DNA of 64,000 nt from Rhodosorus marinus CCMP1338. Taxonomy: Eukaryota > Plantae > Rhodophyta. Positions 35,410 to 47,539 of this stretch are shown here, in pieces. How positions within the stretch are numbered: the first letter of the stretch is position 1; every line of letters begins with the position of its first letter. The stretch lies in the NCBI GenBank assembly GCA_029953675.1, contig JAMWBK010000006.1, positions 2,108,001 through 2,172,000 on the forward strand, read 5' to 3'. Made by a program: the position numbers and the translations under genes. Below the pieces are notes generated by a model. It was not told the DNA's origin. It saw only the letters and a program-made list of their open reading frames with translations, and did no database searches.

Positions 35410-37420
35410 AGGCCGCCGGACGCACTGGTTTCTCTATTCCGCGGGACAGCATTGTTGAACGCTTGTAAGATGTACAGAGATCATACACACACATATAATT
35501 ATCTATTTGGGATCGGGCCATTTAATGATAGAAGGGGGCGCGCACGATTTGACGCAGATGAACATGCGTCAGGCCTCGAATTGGAATTGCACTTGGGCAA
35601 GAGTGCTCTCTGTTCTTGTTGATCGTAATAGTTTTCCTGAATCGCTGGGGGCCCTAAGACATGCAGATATGAACAAAACTAAAACTGCAGGAAGCATTGG
35701 CGACGCTTGTCGGGTTGCCATTATGGATCTAAAATTTGCCCATGGACCTCGAATTGTCCCTTTTCCCAACAGCTCGTCCGTCTCTCTCTCGAGAACACAA
35801 AGCTACCATATGTGAGTTTATCCGAGCCCGATTGCTGTGTGCAAGCAGAAGGCTGCCTATTCGTTCTTACTCGCTCACAAGTCCGTTTACTAACGGCACG
35901 GCTGTCAATCAAGAAGAACACTCGACAGGCAACGGTATGACTTCTGCACAAAAGAACATGACCGCATCCATCCCACTCACGAAACCGTAGGCCAACCTCC
36001 CCCAATTCCGGTGCACCACCGCAACCTCCCTGCTAATCGAAACCAGGTCAAAGCTCCAATCAATTGGAGAACAAAGATTAAAGTCTAATTCAAGAAAAGA
36101 TCTATTCTAAATCTTGCCGCTTCCAATACGACATTAGTCCGATGAAGACTTCATTCCAGCCATGTATCCTAAAATTCTACAAAATCGGGGTGCGGGGAGA
36201 GGGGGGGGGGGGCCTTACGACCTTTCCCGAACACGTCGACGAAGTGTACGAGGTACTAAAGAATACTTATTCTTAAGTATTCTCAAGTATTCGTTCTGGG
36301 AAAGGGTCTGCTAAATCGGAATGCAGACTTTTCACCGAAATCTCCTGTATGTCATAGGTGTCCGGAACTGTGCTTCTCTGTCATTTTTGCCCTCAAGTGA
36401 TCCTCGGAGTCAAAAGGGGTGTGAGATGCTCTCATCTGTGTCTATCTCTCCGGACCTCATCAAGATTCTTATTGCCTCCTGAGTTTGGATGTGTTAGCCT
36501 TCTGTGCCAAGTCTTAAGGGATACAGTATATCTCCCCATGACCGAGAGATGTCTCTTTGTAGTCCGTAAATCAGTTTCTAAAAAAGACCCCAGGCTGCGC
36601 TATGAACGTGATCAGCATGACGAGTTTGTGGAAACATTTTTCAATTATGTGATCAGCATGACTAAGTTAATAGCGCCGAATCTCAAGTAATATGTGTTGT
36701 TGAGCGTCAACAGCGTCCCGTAGTCCGGTTGGGGTCTTTTCAGACCCCCAAACAGACTCCTTCCGTCAACGAGGGTTATTCCAATCTTCGGGATTCTTGT
36801 CAGGCCCTTGAAGGCGTCCTCGACAGTGGAGCCACCGACCTCACGTGGTCACACGTGGTTGGTGGCACCACTGTCTAGGAAGAAGTGTGTTGTGTTTTCC
36901 GTGTCCTTCACGATAACGGCGTGGAATTTCTTTGTGATCTGCTCTTCTGGTTCGGGACATTCGTTCTTGAAGTGCCCACACTGACCACAATTGGAACCTG
37001 TGATGTCAGCAATTCCAGAGAGCTATTAAGGGGAAAAGGCTGACATTTAGGTGGTCGGAAATTGGGAAAAAAAGGGGGAAAAAGTAAAGAATAAACCCTA
37101 CAAAGAGCTCCGACAAAGTAATAGCTAAATGGGGAAAAAGCAGAGGAGAAACCCACCTGGAAACTGTTACCGTCCAACAATGTTTTTATGGACAACTGTC
37201 TGCTGAACGGCTTGCCCTAAATTTTGGGAATGTTTCCTAATTTAGAGTGATTCTTTCGAAATAATGGAAGGGAGATTTTTTTTTTTCTTGGTTGCTTCGG
37301 TCGTGTGAGATTGATGAAAGTGTATCCAAGTTCTGAGTCGATGAGGGGAAGTCGACAAGGAGGTCACTATAGTGTATATGATGAGCAATCTGTGTTAGAA
37401 CATTTATATTCTGGCAGGAG

Positions 37421-38613
37421 ATGGCTTGTGGATTTTTGGTTTCCGTGAGCGCCAGCCCGCATCAGAAAAGGAGAAATGTTCGCGTGCGTGAATCCAGCGA
37501 CTCTCAGCGGGTGGCACTGACCCTGGAGTATGATGGTACGGATTTCCATGGCTGGGAACGGAAACCGGACGTCCCTACGATACAGGTAAGGACGATGCCT
37601 TGCGGTTATCTCGTGGGGTGGCGTAGAGGTGTTCAGCCTGGAAGAGTTGCGTCTTGTGGGTTTCGGGTGATTGCTCACTGTCTATGGACGTTTGCCTAGG
37701 AGACAGTGGAGAATGCCTTGGAGCTAGTCCTCGATGGGCCGTATTCAATTCGTGCTTCGAGCAGGACCGATGCGGGAACTCACGCAGTTGGACAAGTTTG
37801 CCACTTCAACTTACCTGCTGGAGTCAATGCGGACAGGTGCGTGTCGGCTTTTCCTTTATGTACAATTCGCAGACGCAATGCGCACGAACTGACGAAATTT
37901 GATTTTTCGATCAATCACTGATCACGGGACGATCGCAAGGAACTGGAGGTCTATCTTGAACAATCGCCTACATGATGCTGTGAAGGTGACGAACTCGGCC
38001 CTGGTTCCTTCGAAATTCCATGCCAGGCATAGCGCTGTTTCGCGGAAGTATAGGTATTCGATACTCACCGACCCTCGGCCGAGCGCCTTTCTGGGACGAT
38101 TTGCGTGGCACTACTATCAGAGTCCGCTGGACGTGAAACTCATGAACGAGGCAGCGAAGCTTTTGATCGATGAAGATATAAACATCGGGGCTTTCCGGAA
38201 AGCTGGATGTACATCAGACTCGCACCTGGTGTCAGTTTCGCAAGCTACCACGGTGAGAAGAAGGGACGAGCTAATTGAGATTGAGATAACTGCGAACAGG
38301 TATCCCTAGGCATTCCTGTGGTCGACTTTGTAATTTGAAATGGCCGGCTCAATGAACGGCTGCCCTTTCGTACAGGTTTGTCTATGGAATGATGCGGCTT
38401 CTCGTTGCTGCACTAGTTGACGTTGGAAAGGGCGCTATGTCCGTTCAAAGATTCCGTGAAATCCTGACATCCAACGAACGGGAGGCGATCAAGACTTCGG
38501 CACCGGCAAGGGGCCTCTGCCTGCTGCATGTGGAGTACCCAGAAAAGCTTACACCATACCCGCAACGAAAAGCCAAGTCCATCCTCTTGGGTCTTAGCGA
38601 TGTAGTCTACTAG
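37421..38613 (+). CDS. truA: tRNA pseudouridine(38-40) synthase, probably organelle-targeted
   Basis: ALTLEYDGTDFHGW, ASSRTDAGTHAVGQVCHF (catalytic Asp), FHARHSA, KYRY, ITANR|FVYGMMRLLV, SAPARGLCL. Three introns. Confidence 0.95.
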
Positions 38614-38824
38614 GGGCGTCGAAAAAAAAAACGACGATTACTACGGGGCTGGCACAAACACGTGAGAGCAAACCCTCTTGATATGAATTTAGTTAATATG
38701 TGCTGCAGGTCGAAGATGCTTTCCACAAATGCCGCTTGCAAAGCAAGCGGTCCAGTTTCGAGTATTCAGGACACACGCTGCATCTCAATTATAAATTATT
38801 CCCCGGTTCTGAAGAGCTTGATTA

Positions 38825-39423
38825 TCACAGGAAAGGGCTTGGGTTGTCCTTGGAGAGCAGTCTCGACTTCCTCAATACAAGATCAGTAAGATAGCCAACG
38901 TCGACGCCGACGGGATCCACAGTCTGGGAAGTGCCGTCCACTGTACAAGAAAAAAGGAAATGAATCCACCGTCAACCACAAGCACTGGCCAGCGCGTAAA
39001 ATCTAAGATCCCATTCAGTACTCACTGTAGTCAATCCTAATCTCTGGAGGATCCTGGCCCTCTAAGATGTCAACTTTTACTTCTAACTGCGGATTGGATA
39101 ACCGCATCGGAGCAGAAGACACATACTTCAGAAACGCCCTTTTTGAACCGAAAACAAGAGCGAACGGACAAAACATGAGACAAAAGGTCAGATCCAGAAA
39201 CCAGAACAACCTTTTCAAGCCTTGCAGCAGAAGAGGCAAAGAAAATTCAATCTAAACAAACACAAGAACAGCAAAAAAAATAGCTTCAAGATGCCTCCAC
39301 TTACTTTGCAGACCTCGCCTGTGAATGAAAAGGGTTAAACCTAATCTCAACATTCTTCATCGCACCAGCCAATTGAGTTGATGCTTCCTCTATCACCTTC
39401 AACGTTCTACCTAACTTGCCCAT
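38825..39423 (-). CDS. MRPL53: Mitochondrial ribosomal protein mL53-like
   Basis: Three exons: ...KNVEIRFNPFHSQARSAK|AFLKYV...EVKVDILEGQDPPEIRIDY|...DGTSQTVDP...YLTDLVLRKSRLL*. Matches the recalled mL53/MrpL44 pattern VxVRFNPF...ARxxL...PxxxVxYxD. Confidence 0.7.
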
Positions 39424-40535
39424 TTTAGCTTATATCTATCCAAACCTCATATCAATCACATTGATCCCCTCAATGCTACACACCTAAAACTCCCTTCACC
39501 TTCCCCAAAACATCCTGCAGAAGATCAGACCCCCAAACGCTCATTCCCCACCGCATCCCAGTCGCCCCCCCCAAAAAAAACACTTCAGGGTTACCTTCTG
39601 CTGAAACCAAAAATACGGTCCATAATTACTGAATAGTAAAATAAAATAAACTGTACAATGCGATAAAAAGAAAGATAATACACTTTGCACTTCAAATCGA
39701 TCAATCAATATTTAACCAATTGAAGAACCGAACTAAAATTTAATGACTGCTATCGTGTTTTGGTAATTTTAGGCAACTTCGGGAGATGTGATAACCAGTG
39801 CGCTTGCTGACCTGTGGTTTCGGGGAAGGGTTTGAATAGCAGTTGGGGAGGTAAGGGATCAGAGTGATGGTTACCCTACATTTCACTTCCGATATCAATG
39901 TCGGATGCTAATTTTCTACGCTAATAAGCTGAGATAATGGCGTTTTTATCCTCCCCGAACCCACCGTTTCCACGTTCTAACCATCGGGAAAAGCTTTGGG
40001 TGTCGAAGGGAGGGGGGGGGCATGATGATCACGACCGACCTCTCTCAACTTGTTGAGTTGGTGACGAGGATGGGTCTAGTTATTGTATTTCATGTCCCAA
40101 ACCTTAAACGCTAGAACCGTCTTGCAAAAAAATTCCATAGACCGTCTCGTCTTTCTTCCTGAACAAAGCAAAATCCAAAAACCTAGCTCAAATCTGTCAG
40201 CGTGCATTTCCAGTTGGAAGTGAATGAGCAGAAAATAGTCTTCAAGAAAGGACTTTTTCGCTCTCTGAGCAAACGAAACTTTGGTTGGAATGGGGCGGAG
40301 GGAAGGTGTTGGTCAGGTGGAGTGAAGAAGATTGGTGTCCCCCATTTCAAGTCTTAGTTTGGTCATAAGTGGTTAGTTTATTAGAAGCTTAGCAGAGTTT
40401 GTTTTGGGGTGTGGGTGTTGGGGGTGTTGGGGGTGTGAAGACGACGGGAGCTTTTGAATGTGTTGGGAGGGAGGGATTTGGGTTAGGTTTTTTTGTTTTT
40501 TTTGAAGTGGGTTTCGGAAGTGGTCTTGGAGAGGA

Positions 40536-42150
40536 ATGGGGTGCACTGTGAGTGCCTGTGCGAGTGAGTTTGTTACTCCTTCAGTGGTTTGGTTAATGTG
40601 CTTTTCAGATATTAAGGTGTTTTTTTTTTGTGGCGTGTTTTGTTCGAGAATAGAGCTTTGCAAAAAGGGCGATGGCCCGGAGCTGGATGAGGAGGAGAAG
40701 ATTCGGACGTCGGAAGATTTTCATGGTTTGAGGTTACACTGTGAGTATCGCAAGCTTGATAAACCAGCTTGATTGCGCTTGAGCGTTTTTCAGGGTTTGC
40801 GTAGCCGTTGTCAGTTGCTAATTCATTGTTTGGACATTTGCAGTTTATCGAATTAGGCAGCAGGAGAGTCCCACCTTGATACCCATCCTACGGCCTGCCT
40901 TCGTGATTACATTCTATTATATACTCTTCTCCGTATTTTTGGCTGTGGGTATCGTCCTTATCATCCACAGCGGTCAGGTAAGTATTTACATCAAGTCATA
41001 ACTTGGACACGTCTAAATGTTCAAGTCGTCGAGCTGCTGCCAAAACGATAGCAGCTGGATCTTGGTTGGCATGTGGCAACTTTGTTGAGAGCCCTCGACC
41101 AGTAACTAACTCTACGATGTTTTTTCGTGCAGATTGTGTCGCTCGATGATGTGAGATACGACAACATTGATTCTTGTAACGTGGGAGACACGTCAGACGG
41201 CACGACAAACAATTGTCAGGTCGAAATCGAAGTCACGGAGACCTTGAAGGCCCCGTTTTATGTTTACTATGGTCTGACCAATTACCATCAAAACCATAGG
41301 CGATATGTTTCGTCCAGAAGCTCACAGCAACTCGCGGGAGAAGAGCAAACTGATGCACAACTCAGCTCGTGTGAACCAATCCTGTTCTTCGCCAACGGTA
41401 CTGTAATCATTCCATGTGGTCTCACCGCATGGAGTCGATTCAACGGTACGCTTCCTTCGCTCAATCCGTACCTACCGTGTTTACCAAGGACTCGATTGTA
41501 CTGACTCTGCTTTTGTCATCTGAAAATTTGGCAGATACTTTCTCTTTCTGTAAAGATCCGGGATGTGAGAATCAAATCGACTGGACGGATCAGGGTATTG
41601 CGTGGGAAACAGATGAAGACGTAGCCTTCCAACCTGGTCCGTGGACGGACGCGCAGAACGAGCTAATCAACAGCCCGGATTTCATTGTTTGGATGCGATT
41701 GGCGTCGTTTGACACGTTCACCAAACTCTACAGAATCGTGAATGAAGACCTTTCTCCTGGAACGTATTTCATGGACATTGGCTCGAGTAGGATCACCATC
41801 ACAGCGTTAGCACCCCGGCTTTGCCCTTTCTATTCTAACCCCAATTTGCCCTTCCACGATGAATAGATTACCCTGTGAGTGGCTACGACGGCACGAAGTT
41901 CATCGCGATCACAGAAACTTCTTGGTTCGGAACCAGGAAGACATCTCTTGGTATAATCTATCTGTCCATATGTGGGTGTCTTTTTGTGATAGCCACTGCG
42001 CTACTACTTCGCCACCTCATCAAGCCGAGGAGACTCGCGTATGAAGATCTCAACTTGGTGAAAGAATACCTTGTGAAAACCGTGGATATTGGAGATGAGG
42101 AGGTGAAACAGAAAGCCCTCGGCCAACAAAGCAATGCTGTGAATACATAA
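40536..42150 (+). CDS. CDC50: CDC50/LEM3/ALIS P4-ATPase (flippase) beta subunit, multi-exon
   Basis: YRIRQQ, VYYGLTNYHQNHRRYVSSRSSQQLAG, PCGLTAWSRFN|DTF, GIAWETD, FIVWMRLAS, SWFGTRKTSLGIIYL. The first exon is uncertain. Confidence 0.92.
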
Positions 42151-42889
42151 GCGATAAGGTTCTCGAGAGCTTACTGGGAATCGGGAACCAGGCAAACCTG
42201 TACAGCCATGCTGGACGAGCAGGTCCCGGTTTGCAAACGACAGAGGCTCGACGTGGACGTTGGACCTGCAATCGGATCGGACCGAGTCTCTAAGCGGAAA
42301 TGAACAGGAAGCCAAATTCTTGCAGTGTCAACTCTTTACTTGCGATTACTTGGAAATATTGAACGTCTTGATGCTTTGCCATCCTCTTGAAGAACGTATG
42401 ATTACAACCTGGACTATCCCGAGACTCTCTCTATGAATAATGATAGGCAAGGTTAGGCACCGTTAAATTTTTATCGAGAATGATGCGAGCGGCTTCAGTG
42501 TGCCACGCAAGTCCCCTACGATGAAATCGCAACACAATTCGGTTGTAGAATACATTTGGACGAAGCGTTAATTCTCAGCAGGCAGACAAACGAGTGGAAG
42601 AAGGCGCACCTTTGCCCAAAGGTGGAAACATCGATATTTGATTACATGAATCCTAGCAGACTCTGATACCGCTACAGACTTGGCCTAATGACAATGCTCT
42701 AGGTAGTACTCGCCAACTGTCTTGTTCCGGGGAAGCCTGTCGTTCGTCATGCGGATAAATCGTCTACTAGTCAGGCAGAAGGCCACGTCGGTTACATGTC
42801 GTCTTCTTCTTCGAAAAGCATATCCGTCAAGTCAGGGTTCTCCATAGCTAAGATCTTGAAAAGGTCATCCTCATCGACATGATCGGAAT

Positions 42890-44050
42890 TGATCTGCTCG
42901 GGATGTAATCCATGTTCGAATTTTATCGTCTTCATCCCCAAAACGCTTGTCGACTGCATCAAATCGTCCAAGTCATGTGCACTGACTACTTAGCTATCGA
43001 GAAGAACGCAAAAGGGCTGAACATGGTGTTCATCAAGATGATTGAAAAGATCCGTTGGTGGATGTCATCCACATTAGAACCTGCTCGTCTTCTTCCTCAA
43101 AAACAGCTTGCCGAGTACATCAAACGAGTCAAGTCTGCCTGCTTAGCTATCCAGAAGAACGCTGAGGGCTGAACAAGAGCGGCATCAAGATGATTGAATA
43201 GATCCGTTAGTGGGTGTCATCCACATTAGAACCTATTCGTCTTCTTCCTCAAAATCAGCTTGCAGACTAGATCAAATGAGTCAAGTCTTCCCGCTTATCT
43301 ATCCGGAAGAACGCTAAGGGCTGAACAAGAGCGACATCAAGATGATTGAAAAGATCGGTTGGTGGATTTCATCCACATTAGAACCGCTGCACATGATCGA
43401 CATCAAGACGATTGAAAAGATCCGTTGGTGGATGTCATCCACATTAGAACCCCGTCAAAAAAAGGCTTGTGGACTATATCAAATATGTCAAGTCATGTGT
43501 TCTGACTCCCTAGCTATCGAGTGGGCCGCGAAAAGGCTGAACATGGTCGTAATGAAGATGATTGAAAAGATCCGTTGCTGGAAGTCCTCCACATTAGAAC
43601 CCCATCATCTTCTTCCTCAAAAAAAAGCTTGTGGACTACATCAAATCACTCAAGTCAGGTATTCTCACTCCCTAGCTATCGAGTGGGACGCGAAAAGGCT
43701 GAACAACATGATCGTCATCTGAAGATGATTGAAAAGATCCGTCGGTGGATGTCATCCTCATTGGAACCCCATCATCTTCTTCCCCCCAAAAAAGCCAAGT
43801 CAGGTGTTCTCACTCCCTAGCTATCGAGTGGGACGCGAAAAGGCTGAACAACATGATCGTCATCTGAAGATGATTGAAAAGATCCGTCGGTGGATGTCAT
43901 CCTCATTCGAACCCCATCATCTTCTTCCCCGCAAAAAAGCCAAGTCAGGTGTTCTCACTCCCTAGCTATCGAGTGGGACGCGAAAGGCTGAACAACATGA
44001 TCGTCATTTGAAGATGATTGAAAAGATCCGTTAGTAGATGTCATCTACAT
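42890..44050. repeat. Degenerate tandem array of ~145-167-bp units (8 core copies plus a more diverged leading copy)
   Basis: The core atgattgaaaagatccg..gtggatgtcatccac recurs with starts at 43038, 43190, 43342, 43408, 43558, 43725, 43870 and 44014. Confidence 0.95.
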
Positions 44051-44437
44051 GGAGGTGAAGCCTCTGAAGTTGGGTGAGGGTTTTGAACGTGAGGATGGTG
44101 AGGAAACTCGGAGACTTTTATTTTTTGCGAGTATAGGGAACTGGGACCCTATGGTTATTTTCATGGGGGTTTACGATATGAGGGGAGGTGGGGGGGTGGG
44201 GTGGGGTGCGCTTGTGAGTAGTTTGGGATGAGAATGGAAAGGAGATTCGAGCTAGATTTTCTTGGAGTTGGGATGCCTGATAAGGTTGGTGAGGGGGAGT
44301 GAAGATCTGTCTCTAGTTGGCCCCCTCCGTTTATAGGGTTTTTGGGGGGGTATCGGGAGAAAAATCTCTTAGATTTAGAAATCGCGGTTTTTTGAGCAAT
44401 TGTCCGATTTTTTTGGTTTTGTTTGCTGTTTGTATGG

Positions 44438-45277
44438 ATGGATTCGGAGTGGAGTGAAAGCTCTTCGTTGCTGCAAGGACCGTTGAGATGGGGTGATTCA
44501 GTAGGGATTCAAGAGCAGAATTGGCGGGTATCTGCCGCTCAAGGAGCAGTGTGTATAGGCTTTGGATCTCTGGCTCTGTTCCTGCCTGGAATTACATTGG
44601 CATTTGCTACATACTTGTTTGCGATTTTCGCCATAACGCTTGGGATTGGGGAAGTGGTCGATTCTATAAGAGGTAGCTTGTAAGTGTCTTTCCATTCAGC
44701 AAACTAGTCCTTTTCCTAGTATTTTCTTTACGAAATCTAACAAGAAAGTCTCGCGGCCCCTGCTGCTTGGCTCAGCTTCCGTCCAAATAGGAATGGTGAT
44801 CAAAGCTCTTCCGAGGTGGTTCTGGAACCATGGCGCCGCTGGCTCCTTTTTCTCCTGGGATTGTTGCATCTTCTCATTGGCATAGGTGGTCTGATGTGGC
44901 CCGGTGTGACAGCGAATTTCATGTTGAATGTTGTAGCTGCCTGGGCAGTCCTCATTGGATGTACGGAGGTCCTAGTCGGATGCAACGCGCGAGATAGCAT
45001 AGGATGGGGCAATATCATCAACGGATTCGTCATGGTGATCTTAGGAGCGTTTCTCTACGCTGTATCACCGGCAGAGGGGATCTTAGCTTTGATTTGGGCG
45101 TTTGGCGTACTGGGTTTGATTGGAGGTTTCTCCCTCTTACTGAGCGCTGTTTGGACGAGAAGACGAGAGCTCCAAGAACTCAATTCTTCCTCGCAATCCT
45201 TGCAGAGTGAAGAGAGCGAAGGAATTGATCGATTATCGCAAAGAGATCAATCCGCTGTGAGAAATATTTACGTGTAA
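44438..45277 (+). CDS. HdeD/DUF308-like multi-pass membrane protein
   Basis: Exons 44438-44679 and 44791-45277. NWRVSAAQGAVCIGFGSLALFLPGITL...LFAIFAITLG...RWLLFLLGLLHLLIGIGGLMWPGVT...AAWAVLIGCTEV fits the repeated HdeD helix-pair pattern. Confidence 0.75.
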
Positions 45278-45429
45278 CATGATCCGGGTAGTATCTTATT
45301 TGTTTTAATTTGTGTGTTTTGTGTTTTTTCCACCTCGGGAGAAGGCCATCCCACCGATTTCGGCTTGTTCTCACACTAATTTACAGGCTCCGTGCACAGA
45401 TCTAGGAGCAAAGTTAACTGGTTTCTTTC

Positions 45430-46497
45430 CTATGATTCTGCCGTCTCTTGGCGTTCGTGAACATTTTCATCCTCTACTTGGCCGTTGATGCCGTGTTGAT
45501 CCAACTTGATGGAATCGAGAACTGTCTGCAACGCTATCCGTGAAGACAAGGAGAACAGCTTGCTCGAGTTCTCGAAGTATGACTCCGTCGGGTACACCAA
45601 ACGGGGCTGCGATTGATCCCAAACCTTGGACCTGGTCTCAATGACTGTTTACGGCAAAAGAGGTCAAGTAGTCAGCTAGCCTGCTGGAGTGGTGACGGTC
45701 ACTGGCTGTGACGAACGAGAGATAACAACGTGAACAGCAGAAAAATTCGTGCGAGTGAACGGGCTTACATCGATTTTTAGCATTTCGCGTCACCGCTCGG
45801 GCAAAGTCGTCTGTTCTCTTTGATGTGTGGACCGCGACATCGCGGTCGCTTACGAAGAGCATACCTTTCAAATGCGGAAAGTCCCTCCTATCGAAGAGTT
45901 CTCGCACGTAAGCGATCATCTCGTTACTCTTCAGGGAATAAACGCACAGCCAAGAAGGCAGAGATATTTTGTCAGTCGTTCTATTGCTACAACTTGTGAA
46001 ACCAAAAAGGCACGACGACTGAATAATGCCCAACGCGGGATTTTAGCAGGTCGATTTGCGCATACCTCATCAGGGATCTTTTCACCAGCTTCTCGGTGCC
46101 GATCAAGAACCACCAATCCACCAACCCTGAACCCAGCTTCGTACTTCTTCGCAGCCTCAAGTGCGTCGATCAATATCTGTTTGTCCTTGTTCACTTCAAC
46201 TCTTTCCAGAAATCCGAAGGAAGCGGCAACATCTCTCCTATTCAGTCAAAGAGTGGGAAACAGTTTCCCACGTTAGAATTCAGTGATTCACGGTAATCGT
46301 CCAGGGGCGGTTCTGTAGTTAAACTGAAAAACCTACTTCGAATCGCTCACGGCGATGCTCATGTTTTTCTTGGTAACGAGAACACCCGCAACTCTATCCG
46401 CGCCTTCCAATCTCTCCCAAAACGACCTCACACTCGTACAAACCAGTTTCCGTCTTCCGCTCGGTAGCCTTACAATATTCGGAAGTGAGCTTGCCAT
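45430..46497 (-). CDS. Highly divergent YqgF/RuvX-like RNase H-fold protein
   Basis: Four exons with good splice sites: ...RVAGVLVTKKNMSIAVSDSK|RDVAASFGFL...RVGGLVVL...PDE|SNEMIAYVRELF...HLK|VIETRSKVWDQ...LSSRIALQTVLDSIK. The order of strand and helix motifs matches YqgF. Confidence 0.5.
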
Positions 46498-47539
46498 TGT
46501 ATACTTAGGATCCGTTAAACCCCTCCCCCAGAAGACTCCAAGTCGTCACCCGCAAACACTTTTCCTGATTCCACCCTGACTTGCTCAATCCTGTCTAGCA
46601 TCACTACGATCACACCGCATACAAACCTCTACCCACCGATCTCCCAACTTCACGCTTCATCCGCCTTCCTAAGCTCCGTACTGAACTCTCACTGCCGCTG
46701 TGACCATAACGCAAAATTATCTCAACCTCTTCGGCCGCTGTCTCCTACATTCGTCACCCCAACTCTTTTCGAGGTTGATCGACCAAAACGCCACAGGGCG
46801 CCCACGACCGTCGATCTGTATTCCCGAAGCGCGCAAGCAGATTGCGATGAGAAAAAAATTCTCCAGCAGTGGTGATCGAGTATTTGAGAGAGTCTACTAA
46901 TGGAAGATGAGGATCTTCCCCTGTCATCTTCTCCACTAGACAACCAAAACTCTTCTCTGAAGTTCATCGGCTTGCAGCTACACAACGGCAAGTGCGCGGA
47001 CTAGCTGAAGAAGTGGTTGACGTCGCTGTGTGCCCTTAAGACAGGTAGCGATGAGAAGACTGGTCTCCAGCAAGAACATGCTGCTGGTTAGTTGAAAGGG
47101 TCAGCCAACCAACTAATGCGATCTCCGACCGTCGACTTCCCCACTAGTCAACCAGAACTATTCTGTAAGTTCATCAGCAAAAACGGATCCGCAGCCAGAC
47201 TAGGCGTTTGGAATAGTTGCTGACGTCGTTCTGGACGATCGCAACGGGCCAGAAAACTTTTTCTCTCTAGTAGTGATGACGAAGTAATTGAGAGTATCGA
47301 CAATGGCGATCTCTATCGGTCGTTTTCTCTACTAGTCAACTTGAGAACCGTCCAGCTGCTGGTTGCCAGAAGATCCCTGCGAAGAGGTTGGCAATGATTT
47401 GTTTTCCGTATTTGTTGGTCGAGAACGTCTCGGTCGGTGGAGTTCGGAAGAGGGTTGAAGGACTAGTTTGGAAGTCACTAGGATTGGAAAGTTTGGAACA
47501 CTGAGTGTTGAAAGCAACTAGGAGAGCTTTTCTTTGAAG

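Noticed and set aside
42659-42671. iMet-PBS-like CGGTATCAGAGT on the minus strand
   Set aside because: Two mismatches to the consensus, with no adjacent LTR end or gag-like ORF.
42890-44050. CRISPR array interpretation of the tandem repeat
   Set aside because: The intervening segments are homologous to each other rather than unique spacers, units are ~150 bp and degenerate, there are no cas genes, and the context is eukaryotic.
46880-47345. Imperfect repeats (ccactag.caacca.aact.ttct..aagttcatc.gc at ~46935 and ~47140)
   Set aside because: Only two clear short copies, in a stop-riddled region. Too weak to assign a function.
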